Assembly: GCA_031424115.1 (NCBI GenBank)
Contig: JANPGW010000172.1
Coordinates: 2,561-66,560 of the forward strand
Length of the DNA: 64,000 bases
Source: Saprospiraceae bacterium
GTDB lineage: Bacteria > Bacteroidota > Bacteroidia > Chitinophagales > Saprospiraceae
Direction of reading: 5' to 3'
The notes below the pieces were generated by a model. The model saw only the letters and a program-made list of their open reading frames with translations, was not told where the DNA came from and did not search any database. A program made the translations under genes and the position numbers. Below, one piece after another: positions 56,525 through 63,928 of the stretch (position 1 is its first letter; each line of letters opens with the position of its first letter).

Positions 56525-57499
56525 ATGTCAACAACAGCAACTTTTCGTTCGGATGTAGAAGCCGTAGATGCCTTAGCTCAATCATATCGTGACCTGTCTA
56601 AAGAAATTGGTAAAGTTATCGTAGGTCAAGATGAGGTCGTTAGAACCGTTATCATTTCATTGTTTTCAAATGGTCACAGCCTTTTAGTAGGTGTCCCGGG
56701 TTTGGCTAAAACTTTGCTTGTGAGTACAATTTCGGAGGTTTTAGACTTGGAGTTCAAGCGCATTCAGTTCACACCCGATTTGATGCCTACTGATATTACC
56801 GGTTCTGAAATATTGGATGAAGATCGCCATTTCAAATTCAATCGGGGACCTCTTTTTGCCAATATCGTTCTTGCTGATGAGATTAACCGAACGCCGCCAA
56901 AAACACAAGCTGCTTTGCTCGAAGCCATGCAAGAACGCAGTGTAACGGTAAGTGGTCATCGCCACGTTCTGCCTTCGCCATTTTTTGTTTTGGCAACCCA
57001 AAATCCGATTGAACAAGAAGGTACTTATCCGCTTCCGGAAGCTCAACTCGACCGTTTTATGTTCAATATACCCTTGGATTATCCGAGTTACCGAGAGGAA
57101 ATAGAGGTTGTAAAAGGGACTACATCAACGAAACGCGCCGAATTGAAACACATCGTAACCGGTGCGGAAATCGTTGATTTTCAACAATTGGTGAGGAAAA
57201 TACCCATTTCGGACAATGTTTTGGAATATGCTGTCAGTTTGGCGACAAAAACACGTCCAGGCACTGAAAGAGCGACTCCAATGGTCAATAATTATATTTC
57301 ATGGGGGGCTGGTCCTCGGGCATCTCAATATTTGGTTTTGGGCGCAAAATGCCATGCCGCTATTCGAGGCAAATATTCTCCGGACATCGAAGATGTTCAA
57401 GCTATTGCGAAATATGTTCTTCGCCACCGCATTGTACCAAACTACAAAGCAGAAGCAGAAGGTATTACTGCCGATAAAGTCATTGAAAGTTTGTATTAG
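56525..57499 (+). CDS. MoxR family AAA+ ATPase
   Basis: Walker A GVPGLAKT and Walker B LADEINR. The ATG at 56525 is preferred; the track ORF at 56321 overlaps the upstream gene. Confidence 0.85.
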   Translation: MSTTATFRSDVEAVDALAQSYRDLSKEIGKVIVGQDEVVRTVIISLFSNGHSLLVGVPGLAKTLLVSTISEVLDLEFKRIQFTPDLMPTDITGSEILDEDRHFKFNRGPLFANIVLADEINRTPPKTQAALLEAMQERSVTVSGHRHVLPSPFFVLATQNPIEQEGTYPLPEAQLDRFMFNIPLDYPSYREEIEVVKGTTSTKRAELKHIVTGAEIVDFQQLVRKIPISDNVLEYAVSLATKTRPGTERATPMVNNYISWGAGPRASQYLVLGAKCHAAIRGKYSPDIEDVQAIAKYVLRHRIVPNYKAEAEGITADKVIESLY

Positions 57500-57592
57500 T
57501 TTTCATAGTTTATGCCTACTATTCATTTCATTGATGAAATCGGTATTGTCATCAGGGCTTAAATAATCAATAAGCTCTGTTTGTCCAAGAAC

Positions 57593-57649
57593 GGGTCACT
57601 CTGTAAAATAACACCTTTTCTAAGGCAAGATACAGAGTGTCCCTTTTTT
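57593..57649 (+). terminator. Possible terminator after the MoxR gene
   Basis: GGGTCACTCTGTA / TACAGAGTGTCCC stem (one mismatch, 25-nt loop) followed by TTTTTT. Confidence 0.5.
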
Positions 57650-57675
57650 AACTTTGATTGATTAAGAACAATATT

Positions 57676-58305
57676 TTACCCTTGTACGTAAACAACTGCT
57701 TTTTCTTCAAAATAGGAGACTTTGAAAAATTTGGTTATTTGACTGACATCTGTGTAATGCCCTTTTCCCAACGTTTTAATCTCTTCCTTCATATTGCCGC
57801 CTTTTAATGCTAGCAAACCATTGGGTAAAGCATGAACCTGCTGTTTTTTGATTAAAAAGAAACTCCACTGTACCAATTTATCAAGGCTTGCAACAGCTCT
57901 TGTGACCACAAAATCGAACTTTCTGTTTTTAATTTCCTCGGCTCTGATATGTTTAGCTTCCACATTTTTTAAACCTAAAGCAGCCGCTATTTCCTGAACA
58001 ACCTTAATTTTTTTCCCAATACTATCCACAAGGAGGAAAGATACTGAGGGGTATAAAATTGCTAAAGGAATACCCGGAAAACCACCGCCGGTGCCCAAAT
58101 CCAAAATGTCAGCACCCTCTTTAAATGCTACAATTTTGGCTATCGCGAGAGAATGTAACACATGATGTATATACATATTATCAATATCTTTTCTGGAAAT
58201 GACGTTGATTTTTTCATTCCATTCTTTGTAAAGCGGCAACAGTTGTTCAAATTGTTGCTTTTGAACATCGGTTAGATGCGGAAAATATTTTAAAATTTCA
58301 TTCAT
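57676..58305 (-). CDS. rsmG: 16S rRNA (guanine527-N7)-methyltransferase
   Basis: 209 aa with LDLGTGGGFPGIPLAI and RAVA motifs. Confidence 0.9.
   Translation of the reverse strand: MNEILKYFPHLTDVQKQQFEQLLPLYKEWNEKINVISRKDIDNMYIHHVLHSLAIAKIVAFKEGADILDLGTGGGFPGIPLAILYPSVSFLLVDSIGKKIKVVQEIAAALGLKNVEAKHIRAEEIKNRKFDFVVTRAVASLDKLVQWSFFLIKKQQVHALPNGLLALKGGNMKEEIKTLGKGHYTDVSQITKFFKVSYFEEKAVVYVQG
58041..58051 (+). repeat. ATACTGAGGGG exact copy
   Basis: Inside rsmG (-). The gene sense reads P-S-V. It is followed by TAT. Confidence 0.95.
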
Positions 58306-58363
58306 AAAACTGTTTTTGAACTATTAATTTGAAAAAACCGGTACTTTTACACAAAATTAAAAA

Positions 58364-58744
58364 ATGGAATCAAAACGTCAGAAACAAGTTGCGGAATTAG
58401 TGAAACGCAACTTTAGTGTAGTGCTTCAAGAAGAGGCACCGAATATTTGCGGCAATAAGGTTTTAGTGACTGTTACGAATGTAAAAATAGCCCCTGACCT
58501 CAGTTACGCCAAAATATATCTCAGCATTTTTAATACTGAACATAAACAAGAGCCTCTTTTATTATTGAAAGAGGAAATCGCTACTTTGAAATCCAAACTC
58601 GCTCAACGTATCCGCAAATTGGTGCGCATCATCCCCGAAATCGCCCTTTACTATGACGATACCATTGATGAAATGTACCGGATTGATGATATGATGAAAC
58701 GTCTTGAAGCGGACGGCCAATTTGGTAAACCGGAAGAAGGATAA
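58364..58744 (+). CDS. rbfA: Ribosome-binding factor A
   Basis: 126 aa with the RbfA pattern (RQKQVAELVKR..., PDLSYAKIY). Confidence 0.9.
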   Translation: MESKRQKQVAELVKRNFSVVLQEEAPNICGNKVLVTVTNVKIAPDLSYAKIYLSIFNTEHKQEPLLLLKEEIATLKSKLAQRIRKLVRIIPEIALYYDDTIDEMYRIDDMMKRLEADGQFGKPEEG

Positions 58745-58756
58745 AGTTGTTTTGTT

Positions 58757-58819
58757 AATTGTTGAATTGTTGGATTGTTTTTGCGCCCAATTGGCACAAC
58801 AATCCAACCATCAACAATT
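58757..58819. repeat. Imperfect inverted repeat of the TTG-rich family
   Basis: AATTGTTGAATTGTTGGATTGTT pairs with AACAATCCAACCATCAACAATT (11 bp and 9 bp perfect segments). The loop contains the palindrome CCAATTGG. The left arm resembles that at 35641 (GAATTGCTGTATTGTTTTT versus GAATTGTTGGATTGTTTTT). The right arm overlaps the nagA stop codon. Confidence 0.75.
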
Positions 58820-59899
58820 CAGTTCTTCGTCTAAAAGAATAAAATTAGCCTCGTACCCTTTCGCTATTTTCCCCAATCTGTTATCTAAGCCCATAACACG
58901 TGCTGGATATACCGAAGCCATGCGCAAGGCTTCTTCAAGTGGTATGCCTACCTTTTCAACACAATTTCTCACTGCCTTTACCATGGTCAAAGCCGAACCA
59001 GAAAGAGTACCGTCGGCAATCACATATTTATCTCCTTGCAATCGGTGACTATATAAGCCATTAAGGTTTTCAGTTACAGCATCCGTAATTAAGAACATTC
59101 GTTCTAATAGTACCTTTTTACTAATGCCGATGACAGAAAAATCCACATGGTGGCCATCAGCAACGACGCTTGTTGTGATTTTATCATCATCAAAAATAGC
59201 CCCTACTACTCCTGGTGCTCGATGCCGTAAAGGAGACATAGCGTTAAAAAGGTGAGTAGCGGCATGAATACCCTTTTCGACAGCCAATTTTGCTTGTTCA
59301 TAAGTCGCGTTGGTATGTCCCATGGAAATAGTCACACCGTAGTCTTGAAGCAATGAAATGACATCATCGCTGACGACTTCAGGCGCGAGGGTCATCATTT
59401 TTATCACATCTTTACCCGCGTCAAGCAGCTTTTTTACGTCCGATACTGAGGGGTCATTTTTTATGAACTGCTTAAGGTGCGCACCTCTTTTTTCCATATT
59501 TATATATGGTCCCTCAAGATGAAGACCTAAAACGCCTTTGCCGCCTTGCTGCCAATAATCTTTCACCGCTTGAATGGCATCGTGCATGGTTTTATCAGAA
59601 TTGGTCGCCACTGTCGGCATAAAATACCCTGCACCACCAGAAAGACAATAATGATATGTGTTTTCAAGATTTTGGACAGATGGGTACTCACCGAACATCT
59701 CACCATTACCACCATATATCTGGAGATCAATTAGAGTTGGCGCTAATAGTTTGCCTTTCAAATCAATCAAAGATGCAATTGAAGGTATATCTGAGTCTTC
59801 AATAATGTCTAAAATCGTATTCCCTTCTGTCAAGACACAACTATTTTCTACTATTTCATCGCCCGTAAAAATACGACCATTGTGGTATGCTGTTATCAT
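58811..59899 (-). CDS. nagA: N-acetylglucosamine-6-phosphate deacetylase
   Basis: Amidohydrolase fold with HLEGPY, GHTNAT and THLFNAM motifs. Confidence 0.85.
   Translation of the reverse strand: MITAYHNGRIFTGDEIVENSCVLTEGNTILDIIEDSDIPSIASLIDLKGKLLAPTLIDLQIYGGNGEMFGEYPSVQNLENTYHYCLSGGAGYFMPTVATNSDKTMHDAIQAVKDYWQQGGKGVLGLHLEGPYINMEKRGAHLKQFIKNDPSVSDVKKLLDAGKDVIKMMTLAPEVVSDDVISLLQDYGVTISMGHTNATYEQAKLAVEKGIHAATHLFNAMSPLRHRAPGVVGAIFDDDKITTSVVADGHHVDFSVIGISKKVLLERMFLITDAVTENLNGLYSHRLQGDKYVIADGTLSGSALTMVKAVRNCVEKVGIPLEEALRMASVYPARVMGLDNRLGKIAKGYEANFILLDEELNC
59443..59453 (+). repeat. ATACTGAGGGG exact copy
   Basis: Inside nagA (-). The gene sense reads P-S-V. Confidence 0.95.
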
Positions 59900-59978
59900 C
59901 TTATTTATTTTTCAGTAAAAATAAAGCCTTCGATTCAGATTGACATCGAAGGCTTGAAATTTATTAGTAAAATTACAT

Positions 59979-60596
59979 TTAAGTTGTGAATACTGAGGGG
60001 GGCGAAAATTCTACATTAAAATAAATTTCATCAATATTTAATTCAAAAGGATGCGTTTTCAACTTCAAAACACCTTCTGAAACCACTTCACCGATTTCCC
60101 ATTTCCCATTTTCATTTTTATAAAATTGCTCAATATTCTTACGGTCTTGAGAAATCAAAATATATTCTTTAAAAGTTGAAATATTGCGGTACGATTTAAA
60201 TTTATCGCTTCTATCAAATTTTTCCGTAGAATCAGATAATACTTCAACTATCAAACTTGGATTGACCAAAATATCTTGCTGTTCGTCATCAAAAATTGCC
60301 CGCCCTTCTACAATTTCTACGTCTGGATAAAAGTAGTTTTTATTAGGAATATGGCTAATTGTCCGCATATCTTGGGCATAAATCAAATGGTTAGTTCGAT
60401 TTTGACGCATTTGAAGATTGAAAACAAAACATACATTTGATGTTATTAAGTTGTGATTATTTGATGCTCCGGGCATAAAAATGAGTTGGTTATTATAAAA
60501 TTCATGTTTACCAATTTTTTCTCGCAGCCCTTCCCGTTCCATTTTAAGGTAATCTTCGGCAGTTATTTTCCTTTTATTTACTATGGCTGTTGTCAT
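59979..60596 (-). CDS. Uma2 (DUF820) family endonuclease-fold protein
   Basis: 205 aa with a pattern typical of Uma2 (YLKMERE...HE....L..MPGAS..H, PD.E.V, VEVLS.S). Confidence 0.75.
   Translation of the reverse strand: MTTAIVNKRKITAEDYLKMEREGLREKIGKHEFYNNQLIFMPGASNNHNLITSNVCFVFNLQMRQNRTNHLIYAQDMRTISHIPNKNYFYPDVEIVEGRAIFDDEQQDILVNPSLIVEVLSDSTEKFDRSDKFKSYRNISTFKEYILISQDRKNIEQFYKNENGKWEIGEVVSEGVLKLKTHPFELNIDEIYFNVEFSPPSVFTT
59990..60000 (+). repeat. ATACTGAGGGG exact copy
   Basis: Inside the Uma2 gene (-), four codons before its stop. The gene sense reads P-P-S-V. Confidence 0.95.
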
Positions 60597-60640
60597 TTAT
60601 CTTAATTTTTATGTAAAAATACCTTCTTTATTTTTAAAAA

Positions 60641-61789
60641 TCAAGCAGCTTGAAACTCTCTGGCAATCGCCATTTCCATTTTTTCATATAATAAATCTAC
60701 ATCAGCCTTCGTGACACTGAGGAGGGGTAACAAACGAATTGTATTCGCTTCGCTCGACGAACCCACAAAGCATTTTTCTTCAAAAGCTAAACGTTTACGC
60801 AATGCTGCCGTTGAAAATTCCATTTCAACACCTATCATCAAGCCGATGCCACGTACTTCTTTCACACCGGGCAGTGTTTTCATTTTTTCAATCGCATAAG
60901 CACCCACTTCAGCAGCGTTTTCAATCAATTTTTCAGATTTTAAAACATCCAAAACGGCAATCGCTGCCGCACATGCCAAGTGATTACCACCGAAAGTAGT
61001 CCCCAAAAGACCATGTTTAGCCTTGAATTTTGGGTGAATCAACACGCTTCCAATTGGAAAACCGTTGCCCATGCCTTTAGCCGTTGTGATAATATCAGGT
61101 TTCAAACCATCGATATATTGATAAGCAAAGAATTTACCACTACGTCCATAACCCGATTGGATTTCATCCAATATGAAAACGGTATTTGTATGGTGGCAAA
61201 GCGCTTGCACTTCTTTCAAAAACTCAGCATTCGGCAAATGAATACCGCCAATACCTTGAATACCTTCCACAATCACAGCACAAACGTCCCCTTTTAAAAG
61301 AGATGCTTTCACCGTTTCAATATCGTTTAAGTCATGAAATTCACGTTCAAATGTCGCATTGATAGGCGCCACCAATTTCGGGTCAGGTGTAATATTCACT
61401 GCAGCCGATGTACGACCATGAAATGCTTTTTTAAAAGCGATAATTTTAGTACGTCCGTTATGAAACGACGCCAATTTTAAAGCATTTTCATTCGCTTCCG
61501 CTCCTGAATTGATGAGAAATAATTGATAATCATCGCAACCAGATAATGATCCGAGTTTATCAGCTAACTCCTGTTGCAACGAATTGATGATAGAATTGGA
61601 GTAAAAACCCAATCGGGCAACCTGCTCCGAAATCATTTTCACATAATGTGGATGAGCGTGTCCGATGCTAATAACCGCATGACCGCCATAAAAATCGAGG
61701 TATTCTACCCCATTTTTGTCCCACACTCTTGCGTTCTGTCCTTTCACAGGCTCAATGTCGTAGAGTGGATAAACGTCGAATAATTGCAT
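60641..61789 (-). CDS. argD: Acetylornithine aminotransferase (class III PLP aminotransferase)
   Basis: GGHAVISIGH, DEIQSGYGRSG and TTAKGMGNGFP (PLP lysine) motifs. The start at MQLFDVYP (61789) is preferred over the track start at 61867. Confidence 0.85.
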   Translation of the reverse strand: MQLFDVYPLYDIEPVKGQNARVWDKNGVEYLDFYGGHAVISIGHAHPHYVKMISEQVARLGFYSNSIINSLQQELADKLGSLSGCDDYQLFLINSGAEANENALKLASFHNGRTKIIAFKKAFHGRTSAAVNITPDPKLVAPINATFEREFHDLNDIETVKASLLKGDVCAVIVEGIQGIGGIHLPNAEFLKEVQALCHHTNTVFILDEIQSGYGRSGKFFAYQYIDGLKPDIITTAKGMGNGFPIGSVLIHPKFKAKHGLLGTTFGGNHLACAAAIAVLDVLKSEKLIENAAEVGAYAIEKMKTLPGVKEVRGIGLMIGVEMEFSTAALRKRLAFEEKCFVGSSSEANTIRLLPLLSVTKADVDLLYEKMEMAIAREFQAA

Positions 61790-61917
61790 GTTCTGTATAA
61801 TTGAAAATGGATAATGGATAGTGGATTTTACTTTACGTTTTAAAAAATTTGAACCCAAAATGAGCATTTTTCAGAAAAAATACCCAAATTTGTAAAAGCA
61901 AACAAAACGACCAGACT

Positions 61918-62103
61918 ATGAGCGAACAAGAACGTAACGAACATGAAAAACAATTAGCCTTAGTTTTTCAGCAATTACATTTATCTGTTATTTATGAAAG
62001 TTCCTTTTTGCAAACACTCTCAAAACAAGAACTCAATAATTTTCGAGATACGTGTTTAGACAAAATCATTTTCTTTCAAAAAAAAATTGGAATAAGACAA
62101 TGA
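61918..62103 (+). CDS. Small helical protein, unknown function (N-terminal half of a split paralogue)
   Basis: 61 aa. It aligns with residues ~1-65 of the ORF 63422..63928 (ESSFL..LSKQEL..R..LDKII versus EESFL..MSKREL..R..LDKII). Its stop overlaps the next start (ATGA at 62100). Confidence 0.45.
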   Translation: MSEQERNEHEKQLALVFQQLHLSVIYESSFLQTLSKQELNNFRDTCLDKIIFFQKKIGIRQ

Positions 62104-62387
62104 CTCAATTAGAAAAAATAAAACTTTCAGAATTGCTTACTGAATTACAAAATATGTATTCGGACGAAAATATGCACTCTTTTGCTGCTAAATGGTTTCC
62201 TTTCGTTAATAATTTGAATAAAGAAGATGCTTCTATAGCGAACCAAGCATATTTCAATATTGTATCGGATAATATTCAGTCATTAGGAGATTTAGCATTA
62301 ACTGCGACGTCAAAAGAAGATAAACAATTTTGGAAAGAAGCATTTAGTCAATTGCTTTCATTAAAATGCTACCGACTTCAACCTTAA
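62100..62387 (+). CDS. Small helical protein, unknown function (C-terminal half of a split paralogue)
   Basis: 95 aa from the ATG at 62100. It aligns with residues ~67-168 of ORF 63422..63928 (KI.L..L...Q.M..EN...FAA.W..F.N.LN..D..IA.QAYF). Its 3' end overlaps the argC 3' end by 27 nt, convergently. Confidence 0.45.
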   Translation: MTQLEKIKLSELLTELQNMYSDENMHSFAAKWFPFVNNLNKEDASIANQAYFNIVSDNIQSLGDLALTATSKEDKQFWKEAFSQLLSLKCYRLQP

Positions 62388-63332
62388 CCCCTCAGTCTGC
62401 GGCAATCCAAACATCAAATTCATATTCTCAACGGCTTGTCCGCTGGCGCCTTTTAGTAAATTGTCTATCATACTGATTATCAATGCTTTATCGCCGTGTT
62501 TTGAAACATGAATAATGGCTTTATTAGAGTTTACCACTTGTTTCAAATTCGGATTTTGCTCAGTGACGTGCGTAAAAGGTTCATCTTTATAAAACTCTTG
62601 ATACAGTTTTTTCAAATCATCTTCACACAAGCTCGTTTTTGTATAAACGCTTGCGTAAATGCCCCTTGTAAAATTACCACGCACTGGTAAGAAATTGATT
62701 TCAGCATTAAAACCTTCTTGTAATGATTTCACACTCGCTGTAATTTCTTTTAAGTGACGGTGTTTGAATGCTTCATAAATCGAAATATTATTATTTCTCC
62801 AACTGAAATGTGAAGTATCCGTTGGCTTCTGTCCTGCACCCGTTGAACCCGTAATGGCATGAACATGGACATCATCATTCAACAAACCTTGCGCGGCCAA
62901 TGGTAAAACAGCCAATTGAATAGCCGTTGCGAAACAGCCTGGATTCGCTACATATTGAGCCGTTTTGGTAGCTTCTTTATTCAATTCAGTCAAACCATAC
63001 ACCCAAGTGGTATCAGGATTGGCACCCCAACGATAATCTTGAGATAAATCAATGATTTTCAAAGATTGAGGTAAGTCCGTTTGGTCAACAAATTTCCTTG
63101 CATCACCGTGACCCACACACAGGAAAATCACATCTACGGCTTCATAATCCGCTTTATCTGTGAAAGTCAAGTCTGTTTCACCTATCAAATCAGTGTGTAC
63201 ATTACTCAATAAATTGCCCGCATTGGATGTAGAATGCACAAATTGTATTTTTACTGAGGGGTGGTTCAAAAGGATGCGTAACAACTCACCTGCTGTATAT
63301 CCTGCGCCACCTATTATTCCTACGTTTATCAT
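62361..63332 (-). CDS. argC: N-acetyl-gamma-glutamyl-phosphate reductase
   Basis: 323 aa with GGAGYTAGELLR NAD motif and the NPGCFAT catalytic cysteine. Confidence 0.9.
   Translation of the reverse strand: MINVGIIGGAGYTAGELLRILLNHPSVKIQFVHSTSNAGNLLSNVHTDLIGETDLTFTDKADYEAVDVIFLCVGHGDARKFVDQTDLPQSLKIIDLSQDYRWGANPDTTWVYGLTELNKEATKTAQYVANPGCFATAIQLAVLPLAAQGLLNDDVHVHAITGSTGAGQKPTDTSHFSWRNNNISIYEAFKHRHLKEITASVKSLQEGFNAEINFLPVRGNFTRGIYASVYTKTSLCEDDLKKLYQEFYKDEPFTHVTEQNPNLKQVVNSNKAIIHVSKHGDKALIISMIDNLLKGASGQAVENMNLMFGLPQTEGLRLKSVAF
63252..63261 (+). repeat. 10-nt core TACTGAGGGG (preceded by T)
   Basis: Inside argC (-). The gene sense reads P-S-V. Confidence 0.9.
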
Positions 63333-63337
63333 TTTAT

Positions 63338-63345
63338 CAAAAATA
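63338..63345 (-). promoter_or_regulatory. Candidate -7 box abutting the argC start
   Basis: The minus strand reads TATTTTTG, followed by 5 nt and then the ATG at 63332. Confidence 0.3.
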
Positions 63346-63383
63346 ATATTTTATAACGACCTGTTTTTATAAAAAATAAGGGT

Positions 63384-63391
63384 TAAATTTG
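63384..63391 (+). promoter_or_regulatory. Candidate -7 box for the fused unknown paralogue
   Basis: TAAATTTG lies 30 nt upstream of the ATG at 63422. The paralogous locus has cAAATTTG at the equivalent place (about 61889). Confidence 0.35.
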
Positions 63392-63421
63392 TTTTAAGAA
63401 AACTCAAAACGAAACCATACT

Positions 63422-63928
63422 ATGACTGAAACAGAAAAAAAAGATAAGCTACTTGTTTTACAAAACGCTTATCGACAAATCCAATTTAATATACTCAATG
63501 AAGAAAGCTTTCTTCTTGCAATGTCCAAACGAGAATTAGAAGAATTACGCAATGAGATTTTGGATAAAATCATTCAACTCGAAAAAGAACTTGATTTAAG
63601 AAAAAAACAATTAAAAATTATGAATAAATCTAATAAAATCCGCCTTGATGCACTCATTCTACAATCTCAAACTATGGGTACAGAAGAAAATAGTCTTGAA
63701 AAATTTGCTGCTGTTTGGCATTCTTTTCTGAACGAACTAAACGCCAATGATAGAAAAATTGCTGTTCAAGCCTATTTTCAAGGCATTAAAGATAATCTTG
63801 AAATCATCAAAAAAGGCGTTGAAGAGATTGTGCAAAATGGTACTGAAATAGATCGCCAAGCATTTTCTAATGAATTTGAAAAAATAAAAGAACTTCTAAT
63901 CTCCAGTAAAGTAAAGGCTCTGGCTTAA
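63422..63928 (+). CDS. Helical protein of unknown function (fused paralogue of 61918..62387)
   Basis: 168 aa, colinear with the two small ORFs between argD and argC. The upstream leader and promoter region are also similar. Confidence 0.55.
   Translation: MTETEKKDKLLVLQNAYRQIQFNILNEESFLLAMSKRELEELRNEILDKIIQLEKELDLRKKQLKIMNKSNKIRLDALILQSQTMGTEENSLEKFAAVWHSFLNELNANDRKIAVQAYFQGIKDNLEIIKKGVEEIVQNGTEIDRQAFSNEFEKIKELLISSKVKALA

Noticed and set aside
1179-63261. The abundant word ATACTGAGGGG as a Chi-like recombination hotspot or a KOPS/FtsK-orienting signal.
   Set aside because: Those signals are strongly co-oriented with replication. Here the two orientations are almost balanced within one contiguous 64-kb stretch (15 versus 19). 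They are also balanced relative to gene sense (14 sense versus 17 antisense). A whole-genome skew analysis is still needed.
1179-63261. The abundant word as the footprint or terminus of a MITE, IS or other mobile element, or as a protein-coding motif.
   Set aside because: The flanks of the copies share no extended similarity, no terminal inverted repeats and no target duplications. No transposase is present in the window. The copies sit in-frame in essential conserved genes without length disruption. The word is translated in five different frames, so it is not a peptide motif.
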